Below are positions 61,991 to 64,000 of a stretch of 64,000 bases of DNA, one piece after another. Every line of letters begins with the position of its first letter. The stretch's first letter is position 1. A program made the position numbers and the translations under genes. The notes beneath the pieces were generated by a model. That model was not told the origin of the DNA and searched no databases. It saw only the letters and a list, made by a program, of their open reading frames with translations. Origin of the DNA: Octopus bimaculoides (taxonomy: Eukaryota). Location of the stretch: positions 122,155,626 to 122,219,625 of the forward strand of contig NC_068982.1 in assembly GCF_001194135.2 (NCBI RefSeq), written 5' to 3'.

Positions 61991-64000
61991 TGCTACTGGC
62001 ATGGAAGCCAGATAGCTGATCCCTTATATTGTGATGGAGAACACTGAAGAGAGGTAGCTCCTTGAAATTTAGGCAGTTACCTGGTACATATTTGAGTGAA
62101 AGAAAGTGGAATTTTTGGAACTATGTGATGACCTCCTGTTTGGAGATTTGTATAATTTTTAATACTGCAGTTTGATACTAAAGACCTGAGGACATTCTAG
62201 ATATAGAAGGTGATGACAATGATGGCGATGACAACGATGGCGATGACAATGATGGCAATGGTGACAACGATGTTATGTGTGATGATAATATGTGTGTGTC
62301 TGTGTATGCATGCATGCATGTGCATGTGTCTTCATATTTGTCCCCACTGCCATTTGACAACTGCTGTTGGTTTTATGTCCCTGTAACAGCGGTTCAGTAA
62401 ATGAGATGAAAGAATAAGTACCAGACTTGAAAATGAGTACTGGGACCAATTTGTTTGACTAAACTCTACAAGGTGGTGTCCTAGCATTATCACAGTTCAA
62501 TGGCTGAAACAATTAAAGATAAATGTTATCTTAGTTCTTCACATTCCTAAACCAATGTAAATAATGATTTCTTAAACTGACACAAGTGCAATAATTTGGC
62601 TATTTTGTAATCCTTGGTTAGACACATCATCAAAAGCCATCCCACGTGTTAACATTGTATCTTTATTTTCTTTGTCACTCAGTTTCACATTAACAGCTGG
62701 TTCTTGGATACCACCAATGAAATCCAGTTTGTTGCAAGCATTCGAACCAGGCTGAAGATTAAATTTTTCCTTTCCTTTTACCAGTTATAAAAGCCCTTTA
62801 AAAAGTCACAGCCACTGTTCGTTTTCCTCTCACAAATCCAAATAAACAAATAAGAAAATGATTTTTTTAAAAACAACAGGCTGTGAATTTTTGTCTCTAG
62901 CAGGCCAAGCTATTGAGATTAAGGTTCCCTCAATTGTTCAAAGAGAAGTAGGTATCGTCAATGGGTACTTATCTTAATGATACTAAGGAGATAAAAGGCA
63001 AATCCTTTAACTACAAAATTAAATTTCATGGTTATTTCAGTAATGTTGCTAAAAATCATCATCATGTAATGTCTGTGTTCCAAGCTGGCATGGGTTAGAT
63101 GACTTGACAGGATCCAATGTATCCAAGGAGTGTATCAAGTGTCAGTGTCTGCTTTGATATGGTTTTTATAGCTGGATGCCCTTTCTAATGCCAACCACTT
63201 TACTGCATGGACTGGGCGTTTTTTTTTGTGTGCTAATTCCACTATTGAGGTTGTCATGCAGTTTATAGGACTTTGAGCCCTGGTGTTGGGGGGGGGTCGA
63301 CTTCATGCTAGGGACGAGGAAATTACTGGGGATGGGTGGTGGATGGCAGAGCAGATTTCTGCAGAGGGAACTGCACGGTTATTCACATCTAATAGAAAAG
63401 TGGTGAGGAGAAAGAGAAAATGATCAATAGGAGCTGTAAGATATAGATAATAGTAATAAGGTGCCCAGGTGGCCCCACAAGATACAAGCTGAGTAACAGT
63501 GGGTGGTTTGCAATATTGCATGGGAAGGTGAATGTGAGGTAGGGAGGCAAACTGCCAAAATAGAATTGGTATTTTCCACATGTCACATTGCCTCAATAAA
63601 CCTGACATATCTCAACAAAAAATAGTTTCAAACATGACATTCCTCAACAAAAGATAGATTGGTATATAAAACTGCTTTCTACTGTAAAGGTTAATGAAGA
63701 TTTGAGTGAATATATCTGATTTCCGGAAAAAAGGGGTTCAACTGAGGATGGAAAAGGAAGTTAGTAAACTAAATTCTGCAAGGCATTTTATCTGCCATTT
63801 TGCCATTTCTGAGTTTTCACTGAACCACTGAACTTCAGACTAGTGTAAATGAAATAATAAAATAAAAGACATTTACAAAGAGAAATTCCAGAAAAGGTTA
63901 AAAAGAAAACAACCTTTTGATAGATTTTTGAGAGGAAAAAAAAACTTTTCTTTACCCTTCACACACAGAAGTAAACCCTCTCCCACTACATAACCCAACC

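Overview
AT-rich, microsatellite- and retroposon-dense eukaryotic DNA from a draft assembly with six N-gaps. The repeat families look like those of Octopus (coleoid cephalopod); this is an inference, not a database match. No prokaryotic features, CRISPR arrays, rRNA or genuine tRNA genes are supported, and the supplied ORF track is almost entirely microsatellite, N-gap or transposon noise. Reading splice signals by eye reveals one real gene that the track misses: a minus-strand gene with 11 small GT-AG exons between 39958 and 1851. They total 1106 nt, every junction phase is compatible and there is no stop. The partial protein is KTLFADRSHPSKKKDRPNNQANVIALHSNGVNTDERRRPNVNVDCHEAGTGYTPLILAVLNQLKEISQLLLASFADPNEQDFKGNTALHMAVFCGRADLMELLLQNGSKVNIQNSDGNTPLHIACQCDCDNRVLVMLKLLTAGANIQMVNKVSATPLDVAAMYNKKDAVSTLLDHDKEALKGNSLALVEASIRGYAPIVEMLLKYGINPNVVNKLKETAPLHEAIRFFRLQVAERLLQYGAKTDVVNPAGETPLKMVKDLPRDRPNEFQRLFDEYSTGELRRAHVQFNSSFVERRKKSYIKKYPELENNMKWTENSPSYCSCCTAMSPNTNILDNDNCSFWVIPSIQQAWTVLDLQHEHIITGIKVFG. 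It has an ANKS1/CASKIN-type ankyrin array followed by what looks like the start of a discoidin (F5/8 type C)-like domain, which vertebrate ANKS1 and CASKIN lack. The start exon was not found, and the 3' end probably runs off the left edge of the window. The introns hold several tRNA-derived SINE families, RTE, CR1-like and CRE-type LINE remnants, hAT, mariner and TTAA-type MITEs, and long fold-back elements embedded in TA microsatellites. The best novelty candidates are the ankyrin-discoidin architecture, a possible in-frame poison or terminal exon, and a nested fold-back cluster at 29.2-30.2 kb.
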